DNA of 64,000 nt from assembly GCA_964016885.1 (NCBI GenBank), contig OZ024740.1, forward strand, positions 205,716,001 to 205,780,000, read 5' to 3'. The notes below the pieces were generated by a model. That model had not been told where the DNA came from. It did not search any database and worked only from the letters and a program-made list of their open reading frames with translations. The stretch is from Eledone cirrhosa. Its lineage: Eukaryota. Numbering within the stretch: position 1 is the first letter of the stretch; every line of letters starts with the position of its first letter. Positions 12,151 through 24,000 of the stretch are shown in pieces. A program made the position numbers and the translations under genes.

Positions 12151-13064
12151 AAAATGATTCTTGCACAATACTGAAGCTTTGTTGAACACCATATTCATTT
12201 GTGAACACTATAATCAAACATTATATTTACGATTTAAAGTAATCATATTTTTTCTTTTTGCTGAAGTGAAGTAAAGATATATATTCAACCAGCATACGTA
12301 GACACAGAAACATATGTTAAAGCAAATAAATTCCTAATCTCCTTTCTCGCCGATGTTTATATTGTACTTGCTTATATATATATATATATATAATCAAGGT
12401 TTAGCAAATAAGAAAAAGTTTTAAAATACATTTTTAAAAGTTCACTATACCTGCTATAATTACCCTTACCGCGCAGTTTCAAGTCTCAAAATAAATGGAT
12501 AATCCATGCGGAAATTCATTAAGAAGACTTTCGTCAGAGGGTTCTTCTCACTCGGAGAATATAAAATTCCCGAGTTCAAATCACGAACTGGCGCCATACA
12601 TAACTGTTCCCGGATGAGAGTGTATGATGAAGAAACAATTTTGTCTAGTGCCGGATGTAAAGATAGAAGGCAGGGGCGGAAAGGTCAATGTACTGCCACT
12701 AGAACCGTGTCAGTCGTCACAAACAATCATGACAGGCATGGGCTGGTGTTCGGATTCTGTCGATCGATTGGTTATTGATTAGGCGATACCCGCATAAGCC
12801 GATTGTGCATTGTTGCATAATATATGCAGACGGATGCATTACTGATGCATTCGTGCGGCAGAAACTCGAGTCCGGGAACCATTATAGGCACCCGTTTTAC
12901 GTGTGTTGTGTTGAAGCAAATAACTATGTGTATACTCTGGGAATGTATCTTACATTGCCCATGGAGTACGCTGAGATACAACCGGTACTGGCATTGATAA
13001 ATATGCTGGGTCCGTCAACTCACATTGGAAATGTGTGAAATCCTTGGTACAGGTAGGTATATTG

Positions 13065-13194
13065 AAAAAAAAGGAAAGGAATGACTTCACTTGTAGTTCT
13101 AAACAATTTGATTTAATTTTATATTATGATTATAATATAAAATTAAATCAAATTGTTTAGAACTACAAGTGAAGTCATTCCTTTCCTTTTTTTT
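13065..13194. repeat. 63-bp-arm hairpin with a 4-nt loop
   Basis: 13065-13127 pairs with 13132-13194. Confidence 0.92.
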
Positions 13195-13860
13195 TTTGAA
13201 GCTTGTCAACCTTCACGCATTATTCGGGAATTTCCAACATTTGCATTCTCATCACATAATCTTGCATTTTGACGAATTGTTCAGCATTTTAAGATGTGTT
13301 CCACATTTACGATGTCTATCTTCCACGCTAACATGGGTTAGACAGCTTTGTCCCATTTAGTCAAAGTCGGGTTGGGTGACCGTGTCTCGCTCATATAGGA
13401 CTGCTTCTCTACGGCTAGATGCCCTTCCTACCACCAACCACATTCATAGTGTGTGCTGGGTGCTTTTTGCCATGTCTTTTACACGACCACTTTACAGTGT
13501 GGGCTGGATATTGAACAATATACATGATGTTTATGAAAAACATTTGGCAGTTTTCTTCTATGAACTTTAAGGTTGAGACCACATTCACACATCCTTGCCT
13601 CAGCAAAAACCAGGGGAAGTAACTGACAACGCGCTGTTTTTCGCTTGTTGGCAGTTGTCAAGGTTACATCTCCACCTAGGCCTAGTTTCCGCTGAGACAG
13701 AAATAAGCTAGAATCTTATAGATTTCTCACTTATGAAGCCCGGCTTATATATAGTCTGATTGACTGAATACACACAGGCTCTTTTTCAAACAATTTTTTT
13801 TTCCATTCCTTTCTCCTCTCACTCTCTATCTTTCTATTTCATCTTTTATTTCTCATACTA

Positions 13861-13896
13861 TCTTCTGCTGAAGGACTAGTGTCTGAAACATAAAGA
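13861..13896 (+). ncRNA. Degenerate hammerhead-like motif
   Basis: UCUU-CUGCUGA-AGGAC(UAGU)GUCU-GAAAC-AU-A-AAGA; core mutated (CUGC instead of CUGA). Confidence 0.4.
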
Positions 13897-14249
13897 CTCC
13901 TTTCCTACTATACCAAACATTAAACTAACACATTTTTCATTGTACGGTGTTGTTTGCTTTGCTGTTTCCGTTTACTTTTTGCATACAGATTATACATATC
14001 ATCATCATCATCACCGTTTTACATCCATTTTTCCATGCTTGCCTGGGTTAGACGAGTTGTCCTGTTGTGGGCAATGCTAGGTCTTACTCATACAGAACTG
14101 ATTTTGGCTTGGATGCCCTTCCTAACGCCAATGTGCATATATATATATATATATACTCCTGCGTTGTTGTTTTTTTATATTCCTATATATATATAATTCT
14201 TCATTGTACTGTGTTGGTTGCTTTGTTATTTCTATTTACTTTTTACACA

Positions 14250-14903
14250 CACGTGTAACAGTAATATATGTGAACGATGGATGTGTAACAGTAATATACG
14301 TGAACGACAAAGCATAAATGAATTGAGAGAGAGACTGAGCATAAGAGGAATCAAATGCTGTGTGCAGGAGAGGCGGTTGCGCTGGTATGGACATGTGATG
14401 CGTATGAAGGATGACAGCTGCATAAAAAGGTGCAGAGCACTAGAAGTTGATGGAAACCGTGGAGTGGGGAGACCCAAGATGACCTGGGATGAGGTGATAA
14501 AAGCCGACCTTACCCAATTACACCTCTCAAAGACAATGACACACGACCGTGACTTCTGGCGTCACGCAATAATACAGAGTACCCGACCTCCCATGGGTAC
14601 AAGCTGAAGCATATAGACAATATGTCCCCACCGCAAGGTGGTCGTGGAGGTGCCACGGCAAAAAAGCACCCAGCCCACACTGTAAAGTGGACGTGTAGGC
14701 GCCACGAAAAAGCACCCAGCACTCACTGTAAATGAGGTTGGTGTTAGGAAGGGCATCCAGCTGTAGAAATCAAGCCAAATCAGTTCCTGTATGAGCAAGG
14801 CATGGTCAGCCGACCAGACACTGCCCACAACAGGACAACCCGTCTAACCCATGCTAGCGTGGAAGAACGGACGTAAAACGGTGATGATGATGATGATGAT
14901 GAT
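14250..14903 (+). mobile_element. RTE LINE 3' fragment with (GAT)n tail
   Basis: [18 protein letters not shown]; shared 3'UTR. Confidence 0.9.
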
Positions 14904-14921
14904 ATATATATAATGCATGAG

Positions 14922-15627
14922 TGTAGCGAAATCTGTCCGCGCCTTGAACTTTGGGTGATACCTAAAGATTAAATTCTAGGTCAACACCCTTTTGGTGTAG
15001 ACAGGTTGATGCGTTGGCTATCCCCTCAAGGTGGGGAGACAGGAAGCGATAGCTATATAAAGCCTATATTTTCCCACTTTACACACAGAGACAGGATACA
15101 CAACTATGTAAAGATTAACCGCTAACTTCAGACCCCAGAGGTCTACAGAAAAGCCAGAGACATCGGAACATTACGCTAGCAACTATGTAAGGATTCACCA
15201 CTATCAACAGACCCCATGAGGTCTACAAATACACACACACAGATTGGAGCCCTACTACTACAGACCATGTACAAGCCACAGTGGTCTACCACCAATTACA
15301 GACCATTCAGAGATATACAAACCATATCTCTCTCTCTTACTAACTAGTCTCACAACTACTACCACAGACTCCAAATTCCAACAACAACAATTATCTGTCT
15401 CTCGCTGTTTTCACTCCAACAACAGACTACAACAGCCTCACATCAGCAGCAATAACTACATTAACAACTCTTGGTAACTGTTTTATATGTACTTTTTAAT
15501 TGATTCACGTGAAGTAAACCATATATACCCAAATCATTTATTCTTTATATTTTCGTATTTACATTTATTCTTATTATTCATGTTAATACAATAACAATTT
15601 CTTAATTCATTTTAACCCTTCGTTATA
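14922..15627 (+). mobile_element. Solo LTR (706 bp, Gypsy-like)
   Basis: Termini TGTAGCGAA...TTCGTTATA; 4-bp TSD TGAG; internal TATATAAA near 15055. Confidence 0.8.
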
Positions 15628-16034
15628 TGAGTATATTCCTTCCTTGTAAATCTTGGAGTCGAGATTGTTGTAGAGTAGAGGTTGTTGGAGAGTGGGTACT
15701 GTTATAGAGTGGAGAAAGGCTACCTTGTTATGCCCACCTAAAGCCTCATTAGGTTCTTGATATTATTTCATTGAGCAAGTCTAGAAAGCTGCTGACTATT
15801 TTAATCTTGATGAAACAGTAGAAATATTGTATGCTATGCTAGAACATTTTTAACTAGTTGTCACTTAAGTTTTGTCTTTAACTCCTCTATAAGTTGTAGC
15901 CATGTCTGACTCCTGAACATACCAATCCTCTGGTACTCAGAAGTTGTATTGGGGATCGCAATCATAAGACACTATTTTATTTCACACTGCTTCAGGCCAC
16001 ACAACTGACAAAAGTGTGCTGAACTTGTAATTAA

Positions 16035-16239
16035 CCTTTTAGCATTTACATTACGCTATATTTACTATTATATTTTCATGGTAAAGGCTTTATCTCACAG
16101 GATATTGAATCTATGAGATTTTGATATTTATTTTGGGAACAATACCGTAACATCTGTATGAGTGGCCAGTTACAGCCAGTTTGAACAGAAAGAGATGAGG
16201 GAATTCAGGCCGGATACAGCTGGTGTAAATGCTAAAGGG
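16035..16239. mobile_element. piggyBac-type MITE
   Basis: TTAA|ccttttagcatttaca...tgtaaatgctaaaggg|TTAA. Confidence 0.8.
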
Positions 16240-17122
16240 TTAAAAGGGCTAGCCTTGTGACACATTATGTCACATGTAATCTCATTTAGGGTACACATGT
16301 CTGTAGAATACTAAACAACTTGCATGTTAATTTCAAGCAGACTGTTCTATTGACTGTAACAATTGGAACACTGGTTGTCGGAGTTGACAGAGATCTAGCA
16401 TAACTCTATGCTGCAAAGCATGGTGTCTGGTGCTCAACCGATACTGTCAATCAACTGCCCTAGTTATATAATAATGCCAGGATGGGCATCTGACCATAGG
16501 CTAAATCTCTCAAAATATTCTCATCCTTTCCAATCCAGTAGAGAATAGACATAAAAATGGCAATGATGATGATGATGGCCCTCTTCTGTTGTTCAGCAGG
16601 ACTACATATGGTTTGTGCTACTCAGAAAAAAAAAATTGTTTTATTAAGAGAATTGCGTTTTCAACATTTCTCTGTGCTGGAAGGTCTTCATGATAGAGTT
16701 CATTGCTAGAACAGAAGTCTAGTAAGGCCTCTCCATTCATATTTAGATCAGGGGTCGCCATTCCTTCCAATCACTTATTTCCATGTCAGGTTATCAGTGC
16801 CATCATGTGCATTAAAGTCTCCCATAAGGATATATGACTCAGTCTTAACTACAACTAACGTTATCAAGGAAGGACCTGTATTCAGACTCAATATTTGGTG
16901 CAATAACTTGCACCACCCACAGAGACTTATCTTTCAGCCTAAGCTTCAAGAGGTAAATCCTCCCTCCTAATGGGATCCAGTCCATAACACATTCTGACAG
17001 CTGGGGGCTTGTGAGTTTCCCCACTACCACCTGTGCAGTCATTTCTCAAAAGACTTTATATTGTTTTTTGTCTTACATTTCATCCTTCCCCAATACATGA
17101 CCCAGCCATCTCACAGCTCCAC

Positions 17123-17370
17123 ACATGACCCAGCCATCATCCTTCACTCTATTCCTGTCACCCAGTCACTTTCCTCCTTCCTCCACACATGACCCAGCCA
17201 TCTCACAGCATTCATCCTTCACTCTATTCCTATCACCCAGTCACTTTCCTCCTTCCTCCACACATGACCCAGCCATTTCACAGCATTCATCCTTCACTCT
17301 ATTCCTATCACCCAGTCACTTTCCTCCTTCCTCCACACATGACCCAGCCATCTCACAACATTCATCACTG
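17123..17370. repeat. 75-bp tandem repeat, about 3 copies
   Basis: catgacccagcc recurs at 17188, 17263 and 17338. Confidence 0.92.
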
Positions 17371-17976
17371 GCTCTATTCCCAACAACCTCTGCAATATAT
17401 TTAACTCTTAACATCCTGTAAAGATTTAGCAGGAAATATCTAAAAAATAGGTTTGTCAATTCATATTTTTATAGTATCTTTACTAGTAGACAAATCATCG
17501 TGAAAATTTGCAGTATTAGGTGCATGGCTTTAATTTATCATGTGCTCTAATCATAGAGCCGTTTTGTATTTTTTAATATTGTCTTGCTAATGCGGTTTCA
17601 TGTGGTACAGGACATTAAGAGATAACACTGATACAAAACAAATAAATACATAAAACCAAAGACCATATCTGTTATAGCTGTGTTGTTATCAAACACTGTA
17701 ATTTGTTAAACATTGTTAAACCAACTTAATAAAGACAATAGTTACAAAATATTTATTTTACTGCTCTTCTTATTTCCTAAAACACAGAATGAAATATTTC
17801 ACTGCAGAGGAAAATAGTCCAACAGTTCAGTGAGGTCTGCTATGTTGGCTTTTTTGTTTTTTGTTAATATAAATATGGAAATCACCCTGGAAGTATTTCA
17901 AGTCCACAAGATATTTCAGTTGTATGAGAAATATGAAAGAAGAATTGAAGTTAGAAGAAGCAACAGCTCTCAGATT

Positions 17977-18091
17977 TTAACGTGACATCCCAAGGAACAT
18001 CTGCATTGCAATAGTGCCGATACTTAGAGTGAAAAGTCCCTTGCAGAATAATAGTGTCCAAGAGCCCAAGTGACCAGCGTGTATGAGAATC
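17977..18091 (-). CDS. TMEM147: TMEM147 exon 6 (terminal)
   Basis: Acceptor tgctag; [37 protein letters not shown] then TAA; candidate AATAAA on the minus strand at 17752-17757. Confidence 0.92.
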
Positions 18092-21000
18092 CTAGCAAAA
18101 TAGAATTAGAATAATTAGAACCAGCGTTAGACAATAATAGACTTACATCATTTGTGCACATTGACATGGAAGTTCCTTTAGTCTAAGGTGGACATGACAG
18201 CCTTAGTGGCAGTGACACAATAGTTCACATAGTTTCAATTCAGCACTCATAAAGTGGTGGATGAACAAACCAAGACAACAAAAAAGAGAGAGGAACCCCT
18301 TGGATCTGCCAAGCACCCAACAACTTCACAAGTGTTGGTGCCGTAATAAAATGTACCCAGTGTCATCATCATCATCATCATCTTCGTTTAACGTCCATCT
18401 TCCACGCTGGGAACTGGGAACTTTTTACCGTGTTACCTACACGGCCACATTACAGCGTGGACTGTGTGTTTTTTTGTTGACACCTACATGATCGCGATCT
18501 CATTATATCATTTATTTGGCCTGGATGTTGTGGTACCAACTTTACAGAGAGAGGGTGGTGTTGGTGGGAGTGGGAGGATAGGGTAGGAGTAGTGGATTGG
18601 GGTGTATATTTGGTTAAGAGGTGCCTACTGACTGTAGGTTTCACTTTGTACATAGGCAAGGCAGGTCTTTTGTATTACTGCGTGGCGCCAAAGATCTCGG
18701 TCCAGTGACATTGTCTTAGAGAGGTGCAAGTGTATAAGGTCGGAATTTATCAAATCGTCCCAGGTTTTTAGTGGGTCTACCTACTCCGTAACTTCCATCA
18801 ATTTTGATCGCCCTACACTTTTTTATACAGCTGTCGTCTTTCATGCGCATCACGTGACCATACCAACGTAGTCTTCTCTCAAGTAAACAGCATCTGATCC
18901 CTCTTATTCCTAATTTCTCACTTAGTTCATTTATGCTTTGCCGTTCACGTATATTACTATTACACATCCAACGGAGCATGCATGCTTCATTCCTTTCCAG
19001 TCTGCGCAGGTCCTCTGCACGCAATGCCCATGTCTCACTGCCATGTAGCATTGCTGTTCGTATACAAGCATCATACAATCTGCCTTTCATTTTTAGAGAG
19101 AAACCTTTAGTGGCCAATAGTGGTATAAGCTCTCTGAACTTTTTCCATCCCGTTCTGACTCCTGTACTTTCAGAGCACCCTCCACCACTGCTGATTTGTC
19201 ACCCAGGTAACGGAAAGTGCCCACTATTTCTATAGAACCATCTGGGCAATAGAAAGAGCTAGTATCCTGTGGGCACTTGCTACTTATTAAACCTGAGCAT
19301 CGGCCACATATAAAATCTACGTTCTTAGATAGTTTACCTATGATCCCACTACATCTTTTATGTACCCATAGTTTGCATTTGGGACATAAAATGGAATTTC
19401 TACCTACTCCATTCTTACACACTGAGCATGGCCATTTCCCTGAGAGCACCTGTACCCTATTTTCCTTCCTACATACTAGAACTTTAGTCTTAGACAAGTT
19501 AACTTTAAAGCCTTTTGATTCTAGGCCATGCTTCCATGTTTGGAATTTCTTCTCTAGTTCAGCCATAGATTCAGCTATGAGTGTTAGAACATCTGTGTAT
19601 AGGAGCTCCCATGGGCAGCCGGTCTTAAACTCCTCTGTTATAGCCTGAAGGGCAATAATAAATAGGAGGGGGTTAAGGACAGAGCCTTGATGAACCAACA
19701 ACTTTTACACTAAATTCTTCACAATATTCATTGTTAATTCTAACCTTACTGACTGTTTCATTATACATAGCTTGTATAGCTCTCAGAAGCTATTCATCTA
19801 CACCTAGTTTTCTAAGAGCCCACCAGATAATGGAGCGGGAGACTCTGTCAAAGGCTTTCTCCAGGTCTACAAAAGCTAAGTAGAGGGGGTTTACTTTTAG
19901 CTAGGTACTTCTCCTGTAGTTGTCGTACAAGGAAAAGAGCGTCTGTGGTACTTTTACCTGACACAAACCCAAACTGCATTTCATCTAGATCAATTTGCTC
20001 TGTGACCTTCATGACCTGATCAACTAACTTAATGCCTCTATAGTTTCCCCTATCTAGAGCATCCCCTTTACCCTTGTAGCAGTTAATGATGTACTCTGTA
20101 AAATGGATAATCAAACAGAGACAACATAAGATAGGAAAAAAAAACACTTGGCTGGAAACCAGTATCCTAGTGATAATGACATCATATCTGCTGTTGATGA
20201 CTTTTTTGACCCACAGGATGAAAGCTTCTTCACCAATGGGATCCAAGCACTGCAATACTGATGGAAGAAGTGTGTGGACATAAGGGGGACTATGTTGAAA
20301 AATAAACCTCTTCATTTGGTCACATTCCATGAGAGTATCTCGGTCAGCCTATGAACTTTTCAGCTGACCCTCATATATACACATATAATTATATACATAC
20401 ATAGAGAGAATTGATCTAGATGAAATGCAGTTCGGGTTTGTGTCAGACAAAAGTACCACAGACGCTCTTTTCATTGTACGACAACTACAGGAGAAGTACC
20501 TAGCTAAAAGTAAACCCCTATACTTAGCTTTCGTCGACTTGGAGAAAGCCTTCGACAGAGTCCCCCGTTCCATTATCTGGTGGTCTCTTAGAAAACTAGG
20601 TGTTGACGAATGGCTTGTGAGAGCTATACAAGCCATGTATAAAGAAACAGTCAGTAAGGTTAGAATTAACAACGAATATAGTGAAGAGTTTAGCGTAAAA
20701 GTTGGTGTCCATCAGGGCTCTGTTCTTAGCCCCCTACTATTTATTATTGCCCTTCAGGCTATAACAGAGGAGTTCAAGACCGGCTGCCCATGGGAACTCC
20801 TATACGCAGATGATCTAACGCTCATAGCTGAATCAATGACCGAACTAGAGAAGAAATTCCAAACATGGAAGCACGGCCTAGAATCAAAAGGCCTTAAAAT
20901 TAACCTGGCTAAGACTAAAGTTCTAGTTTGTAGGAAAGAAAATAAGGCGGCGGTCCCATCTGGGAAATGGCCATGCTCAGTGTGTAGGAAAGGCGTAGGT

Positions 21001-24000
21001 AGAAACTCCATTTTATGTCCCAAATGCAAAGTATGGGTGCATAAAAGATGTAGTGGGATCACAGGTAAGCTAACTAAGAACATAGATTTTACATGTGGCC
21101 GGTGCTCTGGTGCAATAAGTAGCAGCAAGTGCCCACAAAATACTAGCTCCTTCAACTGCGCAGAGGGTTCTATAGAAATAGTGGACAGCTTCCGTTATCT
21201 GGGTGACAAAATCAACAGTGGGGGAGGGTGCTCTGAAAGTACAGTAGCTAGAGTCAGAACTGGATGGAAAAAGTTCAGAGAGCTTATACCACTATTAGCC
21301 GCTAGAGGGTTCTCCCTAAAAATGAAAGGCAGGTTATACGATGCCTGCATACGAACAGCAATGCTGCATGGCAGTGAGACCTGGGCATTGTGTGCAGAGG
21401 ATATACGCAGACTAGAGAGGAACAAAGCTTGCATGCTCCGCTGGATGTGCAATAGTAATATACGTGAACGGCAAAGCATAAACGAACTAAGGAAAAAATT
21501 AGAAATAAGAGGGATCAGATGTTGTTTACTCGAGAGAAGGCTACGTTGGTACGGTCACGTGATGCGCATGAAAGACGACAGCTGTATAACAAAGTGCAGG
21601 GCAATAAAGATAGACGGTAGCCACGGAGTAGGCAGACCCAGAAAAACATGGGACGAGCTGATAAATTCCGACCTCACACGCTTACACCTCTCCAAGACAA
21701 TGTCACTGGACCGAGACCTTTGGCGGTACTCAGTAATAGAGAAGACCCGCCTTACCTAAATACAAAGTAAAAACCTACTACAGTCAGTAGGCATCTCTAT
21801 CAAAACACACCCCCGTCCCACCACCTCCACCCCACCCACACCGCCCCTTTCAATGTAAAGTTATGTTGGTCCCACAACATCCAGGCCGAAACAAATGAGA
21901 TCGTGTAGGTGTCACGACAAAAAACACACAGTCCACGCTGTAAATGTGGCCGTGTAGGCAACACGGTAAAAACCTCCCAGCCCCACACTGTAAATGTGGT
22001 TGGTGTTAGGAAGGGCATCCAGCTGTAGAAAACCCGCCAGACAGTCCACGCTGTAATGTGGCCGTGTAGGCAACACGGTAAAAACCTCCCAGCCCCACAC
22101 TGTAAATGTGGTTGGTGTTAGGAAGGGCATCCAACTGTAGAAAACCCGCCAGACAGTCCTATGCGAGCAAGACAACCACTCTTGCCTCAAGTGGGAAAAC
22201 CCCCGTCCAAACCCATGCAAGCGTGGAACACGGACGCTAAACCTGATGATGATGATGATGATGATGATACACAGTTTAACTTATGCCAAAGCCTCCAAAA
22301 GAGGAAGAAGATACAAAGCAAAAAAAAACAAAAAAACAATGCAATAAACTTTCGCTCACATCATATCCCTAACTGCAGTTTCTGGAATTCTTCTTCGCCC
22401 ACTTATTCCTGAGGGTTGTGGGAGCAAAATCCTCAAGCACTCCTTCCAGTGGGTCCTGTCAGAAGTAACCGTCTCCAACTGATCTGGCTGGATCCCCAAG
22501 TAAGACCAGCCAAGCTCATGGATGTTATCCAACTATCTTGCTCAGGGTCTACCACTGGGTCTCCTGTCAGTTGGTTTTGCCCATAAAATCTGTCCAGTGA
22601 TTCTTTCCTGAGACATTCTAACCACATGCCTGTAGTATAGGAGCTGTAATCTCTCAATTCAGAGAAGTAGCAGCTCTACCTGGAGTGACTCTCTGATCTC
22701 CAAGCTATGCACTCTATTGAGTAACGTTACTCCAAAGACTCTTCAGGGGAATCCCATTTCAGCCGCTTGTATTCGCGATCATATTCTTTCAGTCACTACC
22801 CAAGATTCATGACCATAGGTAAGGGTAGGCACAAATAAGAATTAAGAAACAATAATAATGATCCTAATAAATTAAACAACCAACATTGGAAGCAAATTCC
22901 TTCACCCGTGTGTGTCCATTCTGCTACAATGAGGATATCATCATCATATTTTTATACTAACTAATGAATATAATTTTTTCTTTTTCAAAGAATCTCTGAT
23001 AAAAGAATTTTCTTCCAATATAGGTTGTCTTAATTTATTAGGATGATTAATATTGTTTCTTAATTCCAGAAACTGCAATTAGGGATATGATCTAAGTGTA
23101 ACTTTCTTGTATTAGTTTGTTTCACGTTGTATCTTCCTTCTCTTTTGGAGGTTTTGGTATAAGTTAAACTGGGTTTATATACTTCTCTGATCTAGGAATT
23201 CTTAGCTGTCTTGTTTATAGAGATGTTTTCTATATTAATGACAATTTTCTTTTCTCTGTTACTTACATACATATACATGTGTGTATGTGTGCATGTGTGT
23301 GTATTAAAAAAAAAATGCCCCCATTGGTCATGAATGACCATACTTTTGCACCTAAAAAGTTTCCCTCTGAGGCACAAGCCTGGGCAAGATTTGTTTGTGG
23401 AAGACCAACATTTGTCCATGAATAGAAGCCTCCACTCTCCTGGTTTTGTCCAAGGGAAAGGCAATGACTGATAAAGCTTGACACCAGAGATATTGCAACT
23501 CATTTCTACAGCTGAGTGAACTGGAGCAACGTGAAATAAGGTGTCTTGCTCAAGGACACAATGCATCAGATGGTTTGAGAATTAAACTCACAACCTCTAA
23601 ATTGCAAGCCCAATGCTCTAACCACTAAGCCATGCGAATGTGTGTGTATACACACATATATATATATATATATATGTGTGTATACACACATATATATATA
23701 TATATATAATGGTTAATATTGCTGGAAAATGGTTACTTACTCAACAATGAGGGGTCTGAAAGAACTGAGTAATAGAAGTACGAAAACAACTGGGAAAAGT
23801 GATTTGCGGAGATCGCTTCGTGTCCAAAGCCACACCAAGAGTGCTGTTGAGATGTGTTGAATCTAGAATTAAATAAATAAAAGAACAAAACTCTGATTTC
23901 AATATTTCTTTCATTGTAATAATCCCCATGCAACAAAAGTTCATATATCAATTATTTCATTAATGCTTTCTATGTTTGTCACAGCCTGAGGCTCGACTGG

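Noticed and set aside
13560-13755. Possible snRNA after a TATA-like motif on the minus strand
   Set aside because: No resemblance to U1, U7, U11 or U4atac by eye and no clear Sm site
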